A DNA stretch of 63,863 nt, counting the filler, from Globobulimina sp. (taxonomy: Eukaryota): the NCBI GenBank assembly GCA_003354225.1. It is 34 parts of 34 records of this genome, joined end to end, with 100 filler letters (N's around TTAATTAATTAA, not from the genome) between each part and the next. Parts side by side here need not be neighbours in the genome. Positions count along the whole stretch, not along the records: positions 35,758 to 37,538 come from PIVH01012018.1; positions 37,639 to 39,419 come from PIVH01012019.1; positions 39,520 to 41,300 come from PIVH01012020.1; positions 41,401 to 43,181 come from PIVH01012021.1; positions 43,282 to 45,062 come from PIVH01012022.1; positions 45,163 to 46,943 come from PIVH01012023.1; positions 47,044 to 48,823 come from PIVH01012024.1; 27 more parts are not named here. The stretch is one strand, 5' to 3'. Position 1 is the stretch's first letter. Each line of letters starts with the position of its first letter. Both the position numbers and the translations under genes were made by a program. The notes under the pieces are model-generated. The model searched no databases, was not told where the DNA came from, and saw nothing but the letters and a program-made list of their open reading frames with translations. This document shows positions 36,730 through 48,524 of the stretch, in pieces.

Positions 36730-36990
36730 TAGAATTAGTGTATTTAACTGAATTGAAAGCAAAGTCGATAATTCAGTTGATTTTATCCGTCTACAGTCTA
36801 TATTTATTAGACTAATCGAATAAATGTTTAATTATAACAATCATATTTATGTTGAAAAGGATATAATACAGAATTACCTACATTTTTTATATCATAAAGT
36901 TTTTAGAAACCTTGATATCGTTGCTGGGACGAATAAAATTGCACTGAATTGGTGATTTTGCTTTCGATTCAGTTAAATGCACGAATTCTA
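36730..36990. repeat. Two inverted fragments homologous to the RGS exon at 1884-2010
   Basis: 36838-36990 matches 1888-2010 with a 30-nt indel; 36730-36791 is a more diverged opposite-strand copy. Confidence 0.85.
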
Positions 36991-37333
36991 ATAAAGAAAT
37001 ACTGTTGAAAATTGCTCAGAAGTGTCTAGTAATTATCAGCTCTTAGTCGATGCTTTTGCATCCACGAGAAGGCTTAAAAATAGCTAGTACTATTTAATAG
37101 TATACAAAAATTAAAAAAAAAAACGCCTCAATGATATATTCAGATAGATAACACCCCATTGTATACCGAATATTTCTTACGTTTTCAACAAAACGTGAAC
37201 AGAGATATTAAATGGTATACGGGAGTTATCTTAATATCATTGTTCAAACGACAAACAAAATAAAAAAGATAGATAACATATATAACACAGCGTATTTACT
37301 ATATTTTGTATTTACAAAATATAAATTTATAGA

Positions 37334-37538
37334 TTAGAATGACATATACTTGGATTCAACCAAATTTCTTCGCATTATGCCACAGACAACATCAACAAAC
37401 ACTGTTTCTATATTTCTTTTGTCGGTTGCCACGGTTACATGCACTCGAACACTTTTCCTTGCTTCGACATTTTGGATTCTTTCTAAATATTTGTTGGTAA
37501 TAAACGTAACACATTCACCATAACACAAATCAAACCAT
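37334..37538 (-). CDS. Second G-alpha gene, 3' end only
   Basis: Near-identical to 36345-36521 but ends RRNLVESKYMSF. Confidence 0.85.
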
Positions 37539-37638
37539 NNNNNNNNNNNNNNNNNNNNNNNNNNNNNNNNNNNNNNNNNNNNTTAATTAATTAANNNNNN
37601 NNNNNNNNNNNNNNNNNNNNNNNNNNNNNNNNNNNNNN

Positions 37639-37846
37639 TATTAATAAAGAAATGGTTATAGTGCAGGAAACAGAGGAGGAGGATCTTATATTTCTTGAAA
37701 ATATTATTGAGCAACATTTACAATATACAAAGTCGTATCAGGCGAAATGTATATTAAATGATTGGGACAGATATAAAAAAATGTTTACCAAGATCATGCC
37801 GCGGGACTACAAAAGAGTATTGTCACAAAAGCAGCAAACTAAATAA
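37639..37846 (+). CDS. gltB: Glutamate synthase large subunit C-terminus, 5' partial
   Basis: IEQHLQYTKS..AKCILNDW...FTKIMPRDYKRVL then stop. Confidence 0.85.
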
Positions 37847-38173
37847 TTTAATTGTAATGTGTTTATGGGGATTATACAGATTGACTGATTGAGTGTGTTT
37901 TTTTTTTAAAGTCCAAAAACCTAAAACCTTGTGGATTACCATATGGTCCGGCAGTTTTGGCTACGGAGGATTTCTGAGTCTGTCTGGCCAGACTGAACTC
38001 CGGAACACACACAACCACCTTGTTTAAGCTACTTTGCCATTGACTTTATGTGTTGACTAAGAGATTGTTTTCTAACTAAGTTTTCTACTTTTACATGCTA
38101 CTCACCTTCGAACTACACTTCCTATTCCTTACAAACTATTAATTAACACGCAAGTCTCTACACACTTGTTCTA

Positions 38174-38881
38174 ATGTCGTTACTCCTTTTACTTGTAACG
38201 TTTTTAGTGTTGCTCGTTTCTTATATTTACTATTTATACTTGAAAAAAAGCAAAGATGTCGCTTCCTATCGTTATGATAAGCATATTGAACGAGTTCTAT
38301 TTACATCGCAGCAAATTGAAAAAAAGGTGGAGGAATTAGGCCGACAAATAAGCAAACATTATGAGGGCAAACCATTACTATTAGTTGGATTAATGAGAGG
38401 ATGTTATCATTTCTTGTCAGATATTTCACGGCATATCACCATTCCGCATGAAATTGATATAATTGGTATTACAACGTATGAAGGAAATAAATCATCAAAT
38501 CGAATTAATTTGTATCATGAATTAAACGTAAATATTTGCGACAAACATGTTTTAGTTATTGAAGATTTAGTTGACACAGCATTTACTTTGCAATGGATAA
38601 TCAATAATTATTTTACAAAAGAACAAATAGGCTACCATTCGTTGAATGTTTGTTGTTTATTAAGCAAAGTGGAAGCAAAGAAAGTGGATAATTATGAGGT
38701 GAATGTAAAGCCATTTATAAAATACATAGGATTTGAGGTGGAAAATGTCTTTGTTGTGGGATACGGAATGGATTACAATCAACATTATAGATCACTACCT
38801 TTTATTGGTGTTTTAAAACCTCAAATTTACAAAACAAACTGGAAGGAGATCGAGAATAATTTGTACAATGTACAGCAATGA
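38174..38881 (+). CDS. HPRT: Hypoxanthine-guanine phosphoribosyltransferase with N-terminal membrane anchor
   Basis: LVGLMRG, VLVIEDLVDT, FVVGYGMDY...YRSLPFIGVL; residues 1-22 hydrophobic. Confidence 0.92.
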   Translation: MSLLLLLVTFLVLLVSYIYYLYLKKSKDVASYRYDKHIERVLFTSQQIEKKVEELGRQISKHYEGKPLLLVGLMRGCYHFLSDISRHITIPHEIDIIGITTYEGNKSSNRINLYHELNVNICDKHVLVIEDLVDTAFTLQWIINNYFTKEQIGYHSLNVCCLLSKVEAKKVDNYEVNVKPFIKYIGFEVENVFVVGYGMDYNQHYRSLPFIGVLKPQIYKTNWKEIENNLYNVQQ

Positions 38882-39053
38882 TTTGTCGTTATTTATTAAA
38901 TTTTGTTATTCCGGATTTGTTGACAAAATATTTTCATAATAATTATTAATAGTTGATCTATTTAAATTTTAATCATCTTTGATTATTCATCAAAAAATGG
39001 CCAGTACACAATTTGAAAAGCGTGTTTTTTTCAAAACCTAAAAACGACGGATA

Positions 39054-39419
39054 ATGGTGCAAGCGCAGAATTGTAAAGGATTTACCGCGTTGTTGCTTGT
39101 TTCATGTCTGTCATTTGGATTTGCAATGTGTAAAAATGTGTTGATAGCAATTCAAGACCCATTGATTGAGCATTTTGCGATAAATGCAGTGGAATATAAT
39201 CTCCTTCAAACATTTTATTCATGGCCAAATTGTTTGACATGTGTTGTGTGTGGCATATTTATCGACAAAATTGGTCCAAATCCAATGATATTTGTTGCAT
39301 TTACAAGCAGCTGGATAGGTTTGCTTATTATGGCAATATCCACTACAATCGACAAACAAATCGGTTATACGCTATTATGTATTAGCAGAACTATCGTAGG
39401 GCCAAGCAACGAAGCCTTA
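39054..39419 (+). CDS. MFSD1-like MFS transporter, 3' partial
   Basis: YNLLQTFYSWPN, GIFIDKIG, SRTIVG..NE. Confidence 0.8.
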
Positions 39420-39646
39420 NNNNNNNNNNNNNNNNNNNNNNNNNNNNNNNNNNNNNNNNNNNNTTAATTAATTAANNNNNNNNNNNNNNNNNNNNNNNNN
39501 NNNNNNNNNNNNNNNNNNNTGATTTGTGTTTTTTTGATAAGTCAAATAAACACAAGATTCACAAAATTAAAATGCGATTTACAACAGGAATAAATAGGCA
39601 TGCCGCGCATAAAAAAAAATGCAATTTGAAGTCAGGTATTACATAT

Positions 39647-39991
39647 TCAATTACGATTTGCTAAATAATCCATTTTTGGTTTAAGATAAGATGGAATGAA
39701 TGGGTTATCTGCTTTGTATATTGTTTTCATTCTATCACTATCAGCTTTAATATCAGTTTTTAATTTGTTTCCAGATTTCAAACTCTTGACACCTCCTAAA
39801 AACTGAGTGTGACTGAATAAGTGGTTAACATTGTCTATTTTTTTAAGCAAATTCGCAACACAAAAATACCTGGTAAACTTAGGTGCTCTTGTTTGGTTTG
39901 CATAAACGAACATGTTCCCCTCAGGACAATATGCCAAAAATGGCTTTGGTTTTCGCGACGGTGTCTCCATTGGGATTGATTCTTTCGGCAT
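39647..39991 (-). CDS. Hypothetical protein
   Basis: ATG-started 114 aa ORF, no recognised motif. Confidence 0.35.
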   Translation of the reverse strand: MPKESIPMETPSRKPKPFLAYCPEGNMFVYANQTRAPKFTRYFCVANLLKKIDNVNHLFSHTQFLGGVKSLKSGNKLKTDIKADSDRMKTIYKADNPFIPSYLKPKMDYLANRN

Positions 39992-40277
39992 GCGTTGCTA
40001 TTTAAATGGGAAAGTTACCGATGCGACGAACATTAGCAACAAAAAGAAGAATAGTTTTTTTTGAAAGATTTAATACCAAAACACTCTAGTTTTGTACTCA
40101 AAAAGAAGTATCGACAACAATCACCAATAGTAATATAATCATGATCACCAATTATTTGGTTATTTCTTATATAATTTATATTTCTTCATTATGTTTTGAC
40201 TGTTCCAGCAAGCAAGATCTAATATCAGTTCATTTATCTTGAAGCAAGGATCCAGCAAAAACTTTGACTATTGTATC

Positions 40278-41300
40278 ATGGGTTCGTTTAGAGATATTGA
40301 AACTGCAGCACTCGTTGGGATATGTTTGAATGCAGCATTTTCTCTTTTATTGGGAATGCTTGTATTGAATTGGACGCTGACATTTTATACGTTAACAAAA
40401 TACAGAGTTGAAGCACTTACTGAAAGAAGACCAAAATCTGTTTTATTTTTCGGCATTATCATTTGCATTGCACTTTTAATTAGAATACCAATATTTGCTA
40501 CATTTATTTATAACGGAATCGGTGCTGTTCCACAAGAAGTGTTAATTATTAATATTAGTTTGCACTGTACCACATTGGCTATGATTTACATCTTAGTGTT
40601 TAGAATATATTTGGTTTATTACGATATGAAGTTTTCCGAAGCATTACAAGACCAAAACTGTTAATTCCATTCAGATATATCTGTACATGACATCTGACTA
40701 TCTGTACATCGATCGCACTCTTTTAAATATGTACATATATAAATTGTATATTCAGGGATGCTGCACATTGATACATCTCAGCAACATAAAAATTGGTTTG
40801 TCCAAAACAAAAACATGTATGGCAATTCCAAAAAAGTAGCAATTGTTTTGATATTGATTTGGGGCATTTTTACGATTTTAGGCGGTGTTCTCACTGATCC
40901 CGATCGAATTTACTTATCACTGATTCCAATCGCATTATCTGTTACGACCTCACTAAGTGTATTAAGTATTTTGTCTTATAAGTTGCCGAAATTTAATGAT
41001 GTTTGGAAACTTGGTGCTGAAACACAGAGGTTATGCATCATTCAGATTATTATGGCACTCTTATATTTTGCGATTAGATTTGTTTTAAAACCAGAGCGTG
41101 GAACAGTTACTCAAAATATTATCACTATGCATCACATCATGATATTATTCATACCGTGTTATTTTTCATTTTTTTGGGTGTTTACAAAGTTTCGTTTACC
41201 AACAAATATATGGCAAGTTAAATATTACAACACCGCAAAATTACAATTGGATGCAATGGCAATTAGTGATACACTTGAGAACAATCCGAAACATGTCAAA
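40278..41300 (+). CDS. 7TM(-RGS) paralog of 1884-3112, 3' partial
   Basis: Clear protein similarity throughout; same phase-1 intron inside the Trp codon (40660-40755). Confidence 0.8.
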
Positions 41301-41400
41301 NNNNNNNNNNNNNNNNNNNNNNNNNNNNNNNNNNNNNNNNNNNNTTAATTAATTAANNNNNNNNNNNNNNNNNNNNNNNNNNNNNNNNNNNNNNNNNNNN

Positions 41401-43181
41401 TATGGACAGCCTCGGTCTCTGCCGTAGTGATTGTGACTGGGATTTTGAAATAGAACACTTGTTTGTGTTCATGTGTATGCGCTGGTTGTGAGGGGATGTA
41501 TATCGCTGCTCCTCCTCTTCCTGGGTTTGGGTGACAGGATCCGTCGGTGAACGCGATTATAGCTTCATCGTTTGTTGGCTGTTGGGGGTTTGCAGCCATT
41601 TCTATTACGGTATAGTTAGTTGGAAGGGATTTCATTTTATACGTAGGGGATGCCGTTATTTGGGATTTATTTAAGTCGGTGATATTTAACGTTAGCGCTT
41701 TTACTGAATGGTCGTTCTGGCAGTGGTTGGTGGCTATAATTAGGGGGTTTCGTTGTAAGTTTATGTATTTATTATTATATTTTGGATTGCCGTTCTTCTT
41801 TTTATTTATATAGCGATATTTGTTGGTTTGGATGGTGTTTATGTATTTTGTGAGAGATTTGAATGTGCGATGGAGTGGGTGGTACGAGTCGTTGTAGTAC
41901 ACTCTGGCGAGTTGTCGCATTGTCAGATAGTGTGCTCTCTGCTCGATTGGCTCTACATTTAGTATGAATTGGATGATATCCATTGGTTGGTCCAGTCTGC
42001 AGGGAATCGCCAATCGAAGGAATTTATTCTGTAATTTGTTGAGGATTTTTGTGGAGTCATATGGATGGTAATGGGTTAATCCATACTCCATTCTGGATCT
42101 TGCGAGGGATTTGTAGAGGATAGCTATGGATGTCGGAGATAACTGGATCCCGGATTTCATTGTAAAAAATAGTCTCCAGAAACATTTAATGGATTTTGCT
42201 TGGACTTTTGCAAGATGGGCCTTGAAATTTAGTCTCTCATCAAACCAGAGGCCTAGATATCGTACGATTTTTTCATATTTAATTGGGGATGATTGGATTG
42301 TGTATTTGCTGATTAATTCTGTTTTATTATTATTTGGATTTGTTATTTGTTTATATTTAGGATGGAATTGGACTGATTTACTATGTGAGAAGTTTATGGA
42401 TGCGCATTTGGACGGATTTATCATAAGTTGCCATTGGTCGCACCACTCACTAAAATGGTTTAATTCCTTCTGCAGACATTTATATCGGAACGGATCCTTC
42501 GTTCCGGGACTAGTCCAAAATGCAGTGTCGTCTGCGAAGCACGCAAAGTGTATATAATTGGGGAATTTTAGTTTATAATCGTTTGTAAAGAGGATATATA
42601 GTATAGGGGATAGCGCAGACCCCTGTGGTACACCAATAGGCTGCGCGACCCAATTGGACTCTGCCTTTTTCGCAGTTACTTTCGTGAATCTTGTTTGTAT
42701 AAATGATGCTAGCACATTCAGTATGTTTCCTTTGATGTTATTTTTTATTAATTTGTAAAGGAGACCATTATGCCACACACTGTCGTACGCCTTGGAGAAG
42801 TCCGTGAAGACTACATCCGTATCGCTGACCATATCAAATGATGTTTGTACATCTGAAATAAAAGTAGTCAGAACGTCATCACAGCAGCGATTAATCTGAA
42901 ATCCACATTGGTAATTGTTGAATATTTTATTTTCAACACAGAAGTGTTGAAGTCTGTTTGCTAGGATTTTTTCAAAAACCCTTCCTAGGCACGAAGATAT
43001 GGCAATGGGCCGGTAGTTTTTCGGGTTGCTATGGTCCTTATTTGGTTTGGGTATGGGGAGGATATTGGCAAAGTTCCAGTATCCCGGGAATACTCCTAAC
43101 GTCATACATTTATTGAATAGCGGAAGGAGGTGACTTATTAGCATCTGGTTATGGATTCTATCCGGTCCATAGGCTTTGTGG
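41401..43181 (-). mobile_element. Non-LTR retrotransposon ORF2: reverse transcriptase + RNase H, partial
   Basis: KAYGPD, NYRPIAISS, QCGF, DFSKAYDSV, GVPQGSALSP, FADD, RYLGLWFD, RNase H AFTDGSC.PNPG.GG. Confidence 0.96.
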
Positions 43182-43281
43182 NNNNNNNNNNNNNNNNNNN
43201 NNNNNNNNNNNNNNNNNNNNNNNNNTTAATTAATTAANNNNNNNNNNNNNNNNNNNNNNNNNNNNNNNNNNNNNNNNNNNN

Positions 43282-44469
43282 CACATAAATATAATGATGT
43301 TTACCAAACTGAATATCAAATCTCGTGGCATTTTGGCGTTGTTTATCGTGTATTATCATTTGTAAATAATCCAAATTAATATCAACATACTTAACATCGC
43401 GAACCGCTCTCCGAAGGTAATACGGCCTCTCTTTACCTTCATGCAGTCGACAAAATTGCACACAGTTCATATTAATATCTTGTTCAACATATCCAACATA
43501 ATTTTTATCATTTAAGAAGTTAAAAAGACGCGCAAAGTACATACAAATATGATTCACACAAAAACAATGCGAATAAGGCGGACATATTTCAATTATAATT
43601 GTCTCAATTTCATAGTCAATAATATTATTTTTAACATCTAAATACAAGAAATTAAATACATTCGATCCATGCGGAGTTATAATATATTTTGGCTCATCCA
43701 TTATTGCCTCAATTTGCTCTCTAACACTTAGCCATTCATTATAAATAATATCCACATTCATATTATTTTTTGTTTCCAACTCATATTTTAATAACTTAAC
43801 GTTTCTGATCTTTCTCTTATTTTTTAAACGATCGATAATCAGCACTTTGTCGCTCATTCTATGTTGAACAGCAAATGTGAGGTTTAATTTATATGTAACA
43901 AATTTGACCCATAATGTCCAAAATTTGGCGTCTTGCCGCTGCATGACATTATAGTCAAAATATTGTTTCTTGCACACTTTATCAGCATAATAATATCGAG
44001 GATGTTCATTCGATTTGGATTTGAAAAATATTTCCTCGACAAATTTAGGCGTTTTGTAACTAGCTCTTGTTATCAATTGTAAATTGTTAGTGCCATTTTC
44101 CACTTTTAAACACGAAGGCTTTGAGAGTAGGGCAGCCAATACACATTCTAATTGATGCCAATATGCTGCGTCACTGTGATCGATCACATAAAACTGACAA
44201 TTGTCTCCTGTAAAATGCAGGAGATCTGTGACGTTATAAACAGTATTCGATCTGAGCAGTTTTTGTTTATCCGACGATATTTCGATTGCTTTAATTGATT
44301 GCGATGGTACACACGTCAGATCGCTCAAGGTGTCGATGAATGTATCCCAGTCCCTTGGAGTTATGCCTATGATTGTAACCAAATAACATATCACTAGCAC
44401 CGATAGAAAGATTAGTGCGTAGATGATATACATATACATGCGGCTTCTTCTGGTTCCACGTAAATCCAT
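43282..44469 (-). CDS. Glycosyltransferase family 61-like type II membrane protein
   Basis: N-terminal TM; IIDR...RKIRN, LSVREQI, TPHGSNVFNFLYL, IIEICP. Confidence 0.8.
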
Positions 44470-44474
44470 GTTTC

Positions 44475-44960
44475 TTGCACGACTTAGAAGAGCAACTTGA
44501 AGAATTTGAATCGATTCAAAGTATTTACGACAAAGATAAACTGACATTTGATCCACAACTTATATCCAAACTAGTTATGATGTGTAGATTTATAGCTTTA
44601 CTATTGATTTATAATCCTATTCAAATATTTACTGCCATAGCGATCCAGCACACAAACAAAAACACTGTAATTTGCCAAATTTAAAATTTACGTTAGCTCT
44701 CTCAAAAGATATTATCATCGATTGTAGTTTACCCCCATTGTATCCATCAGAAAGCTCTCCCATTTTATTCATTCGTTCACTATCATTCAAATATAGTAAA
44801 TCTTCCATTGAAGACGCAAATAATTTATTAAAATCCCGCATTAATATTATAGTAAAATATTATTTTCTCTTTTGAAATATCTACAATATTTCTTTTGCAT
44901 ATTTCTATGCATTTTCTCCTGCAAAAGTTACTATAGTATACCCACGTATTTAGACAAGGA
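44475..44960 (+). CDS. RWD-domain protein fragment, spliced, no ATG visible
   Basis: EEQLEEFESIQSIY and LPPLYPSESSP (YPxxxP) motifs. Confidence 0.6.
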
Positions 44961-45162
44961 ATGATCAATGATCGATAGTAATTTATATTATTTTTTGGGA
45001 CGTTTTAGTCTAAACAAGTCAAACAATAATCGCCTTTGATCTCTATTTAATTTTACAAATTCNNNNNNNNNNNNNNNNNNNNNNNNNNNNNNNNNNNNNN
45101 NNNNNNTTAATTAATTAANNNNNNNNNNNNNNNNNNNNNNNNNNNNNNNNNNNNNNNNNNNN

Positions 45163-46865
45163 CATTGGAACACCCATTTTGTCCACAGAGCCATAATTAT
45201 TGTCAGTTACCTTATTTACATCACTTTTGTGAAAATATTTTCCGATCAAATAACCCAAAATAACGCCAATGACAACTCCGATTACAATCCATAACCATAC
45301 TAACTGTTTGAAAACAGATTCAGCCGCAACAGTTTTACAATCACCATCAAACGGTGGCACATATTCTGTTGGACACTCAAATCCATTTGTTTCTGATGCA
45401 TGGTATCCTATGCAAGACAGTATTTTGTTTGCTGTCTCATTGCCACTGAGCCACGCCGTATGCACAAAACCATAGTCCCAATCATGAACTGCTTCTCCTG
45501 CAAAAAATAATCTTTTTTTAATTGGCCAAGCCATTGCTTTTTTACTCTCATCACTAAATCCAACGGGCCAGCTTGAATACGAGCCTTTAATATATTTATT
45601 TGACCGCCAGGAAGCAACAAATATGTCATCCGGATTTGGTACCTTATCAAAATAATGTGACAACTTCAAATCAACAATTTGTTTTATTGTATCGTTTATA
45701 TTTTCAACAGAAACCATTTGTGCTAAATCCAATGCAATATCAAACCTCCAAATTAAGCTTCCATTGTATAAATGGGGATGATCCAAATTATAAATCCATG
45801 GGAAAAAGCCAAATCTGTCATCATTTAAAAATATAAATTCCGAATCATTCCAAAACTTATACGGCCATTTCACATAAATTGGCACATAATCCACAAAATC
45901 AAAATCTAACAAAGAATCTATTTTCCATAATGGCAATTTCGGAATGAATTGAACCATATCACTTTGTAATACGCCTAATGAAAATGTAACAATTCCATAT
46001 TTTGCAGTATATTGAGTGGTGTTTGCCAATGTTACGTTGACACCATTTTCGTTATATTGGATGGCGCAGTAATTGGCGAATTCAATATAAAGTACTGCGC
46101 AGTAATTGGCGAATTCAATATAATCTTCTCTTCATTCGCAATATTATCCACATCTAAAAATTCATTTGCAAGCGCTTTGAGTAAACCTTGATATCCTCGC
46201 GAATCTGTAATAAATAGGTCCTGTGGACCATACCGGTCATATGTGTCTGCAGTGCCATATGCATCACGAGTTGAGCTGATCCATTTTGTATGCTGACCAT
46301 AATCAAATGCAAAGTTAAGCCATTCCATAGTTTTATCAATTGCATGATCTGTGCTCCATCCACAAAGATGTAATGCTGCAAAATATGACATATAATCATG
46401 TCTTGATACATTTTGCATAATGTCCCAGGCACAATCTTGTGCTTCATACAACTTTTCGTATCGATTATTACTGTTTGTTACATTATGTTGCTTTCCACCA
46501 AAATCTAAAATGACTCCGCCTTCAAAATCACTGATTACAAATGATAGATTGTATTTGTATGCGGCATCTAACATTGGATTTGTTTCATTATAATCCGAGC
46601 AGTTATACAAACATGCACCACTTATCCACGACGCACCAATATTCAGCATATAGTCTGAGAAATGATGAGTGACTACGCGTCCTCCAACATACCATTGTGC
46701 CTCAATCATTAAAATATTGCTTATATTTGCTTCATATAACGTCTTGGCTGCTGCAATGCCACTGGCACCGGCACCCATTATAATTACATCATATTCGTGT
46801 TGGTGCTGCGCATGCGAATGATTCAAAAGTGATGAAACACAGATAATTAGGAACGTAAACATCAA
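45163..46865 (-). pseudogene. Flavin polyamine/amine oxidase with signal peptide and C-terminal TM, frameshifted at ~46060-46125
   Basis: GAGASGIAAA, EA..YVGGRV, TFSLGVL, GSYS, FFAGEA...GFVHTAWLSG; a local duplication breaks the frame. Confidence 0.85.
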
Positions 46866-47043
46866 ACAAATAAAATTTTAGTTCGTCAGCTAGACTCAAT
46901 TTTGTATTACTACCACCCCCCTCGTGATCGATCAACTGCAAAANNNNNNNNNNNNNNNNNNNNNNNNNNNNNNNNNNNNNNNNNNNNTTAATTAATTAAN
47001 NNNNNNNNNNNNNNNNNNNNNNNNNNNNNNNNNNNNNNNNNNN

Positions 47044-47229
47044 TTTGAATAATTTGCCCGAGGTGGCGCTTCCGGCTGCAAATTGACTGCCAGATTCTTC
47101 AACAATTGCAACTGACAGCATTTTGCTTCTCCAATCCACCAAATCCGCTCCGATGTAGGTCAGTGACAGGATGAGCACCAACAGCATGATGCACACACAC
47201 AGACATCTCCATTTTGCATCCACCGACAT
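47044..47229 (-). CDS. Type II membrane protein N-terminus, partial
   Basis: ATG followed by one TM helix, running into the spacer. Confidence 0.4.
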
Positions 47230-47285
47230 TCAATAGTTAATAATTTAATATTTATTTTTACAGTTTTCTAGTGTCAGAATCCAAG

Positions 47286-48524
47286 ATGAGTTACATGGCG
47301 TTTTTTGCATTTTTTCTCTGCCTTTTGCATTTAAATGAAGCAACAAAGGTGAATGTAGCAGTCACGTTGCACGCACAAGATATTTCTTCGATATTCTCAG
47401 AAGATGAAATATGGGGAATGCAGCTCCAAAATCAAACAGAAAACATTGTCCAGCTCAATGTAGTTATTGCTGCCTCCAAATTAAGCAAACTCAAAAAAGA
47501 AGCGATATTGGCATTGCATATAATTCATGGCGACGTCGAGCCAGTTATCGAGAGAGAAAGATTGCGCTTAAACAATCGAACAAAATGGACGGCTGCGATG
47601 CGTCCCGAGTTTTTTTTTTTAGAATATCGAGACTGGATTGAATATGAATTGTTCATTGATTATATATTGGTGACATACCCTTCCATTGCGTCGCGAAGTT
47701 ATACTGGCTCCACAGTGCAAGGCAGAGCTATTCCGGTCGTGACATTATCGACAGGCAACGCTGATGGAGCCGCAAAAAACTTATACATTCAAGCGGCTGC
47801 CCACGCGAGAGAGTGGCTGGCGAATGCCGCTACGATGTGGATATTGCACGCGTTGTGCGAGGGATATGGGAGTAACGAGCGGATCACCTCCGTATTGGAT
47901 ACAATTGACATTTATATTGTGCCTACTGTCAATATCGACGGCTATATCTTTAGCTGGGTTCAGGACAGAATGTGGAGAAAGAACCGGAGGGATAATGGCG
48001 ACGGCACTTTTGGAGTGGATTTGAATCGGAACTATGACGGACCGGCAAATACGTGGTGCACTCTGGGAGCGAGCAGCAATCCTTCGAGCAATAGTTATTG
48101 TGGAACCGCTGCTTACTCGGAGCCAGAGACGCAAGCTTCGAGGAATTTTATTTCCAACGCAGTGCACAACATTGGTGCTGCGGTGGATATGCATACCAGC
48201 GGACCATTGATTTTATGGCCGTGGGGGTCGCCCGATCCGGTGGAGGAGCCCTATTATGAGCAATTTGTGGAAGTGGGCGACGAGATTCAGGCGGCCATTG
48301 CGGCGGTGCATGGCGTGCAATATGTGTCGATGCAAGCGGTGAATTTGTATCCTACGTCGGGTACAATGAGAGACTTTGCTTTTGCGCAAATTGCAGCGTA
48401 TGGCTTTACGTGGGAAGGGAGAGGGCCTGGCTTTGATCCGCCTCCAGGGAATATAATACCTGCCGGCCAAGAACAACTTGCTGGCCATTTGACATTGGCG
48501 GAATATATGATCGATCGACGTTAA
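47286..48524 (+). CDS. Zinc carboxypeptidase (M14A), secreted
   Basis: Signal peptide; HAREW, N.DGY, WRKNR, GVDLNRN, SEPET, DMH, LYPTSG, FTWE. Confidence 0.95.
   Translation: MSYMAFFAFFLCLLHLNEATKVNVAVTLHAQDISSIFSEDEIWGMQLQNQTENIVQLNVVIAASKLSKLKKEAILALHIIHGDVEPVIERERLRLNNRTKWTAAMRPEFFFLEYRDWIEYELFIDYILVTYPSIASRSYTGSTVQGRAIPVVTLSTGNADGAAKNLYIQAAAHAREWLANAATMWILHALCEGYGSNERITSVLDTIDIYIVPTVNIDGYIFSWVQDRMWRKNRRDNGDGTFGVDLNRNYDGPANTWCTLGASSNPSSNSYCGTAAYSEPETQASRNFISNAVHNIGAAVDMHTSGPLILWPWGSPDPVEEPYYEQFVEVGDEIQAAIAAVHGVQYVSMQAVNLYPTSGTMRDFAFAQIAAYGFTWEGRGPGFDPPPGNIIPAGQEQLAGHLTLAEYMIDRR

Noticed and set aside
37948-38003. Imperfect hairpin between gltB and HPRT
   Set aside because: Short stem, no SECIS or snoRNA box motifs I can support
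44469-44556. N-terminal extension of the GT61 ORF overlapping the RWD gene
   Set aside because: The extension is the antisense of RWD coding sequence; the likely start is ATG 44469
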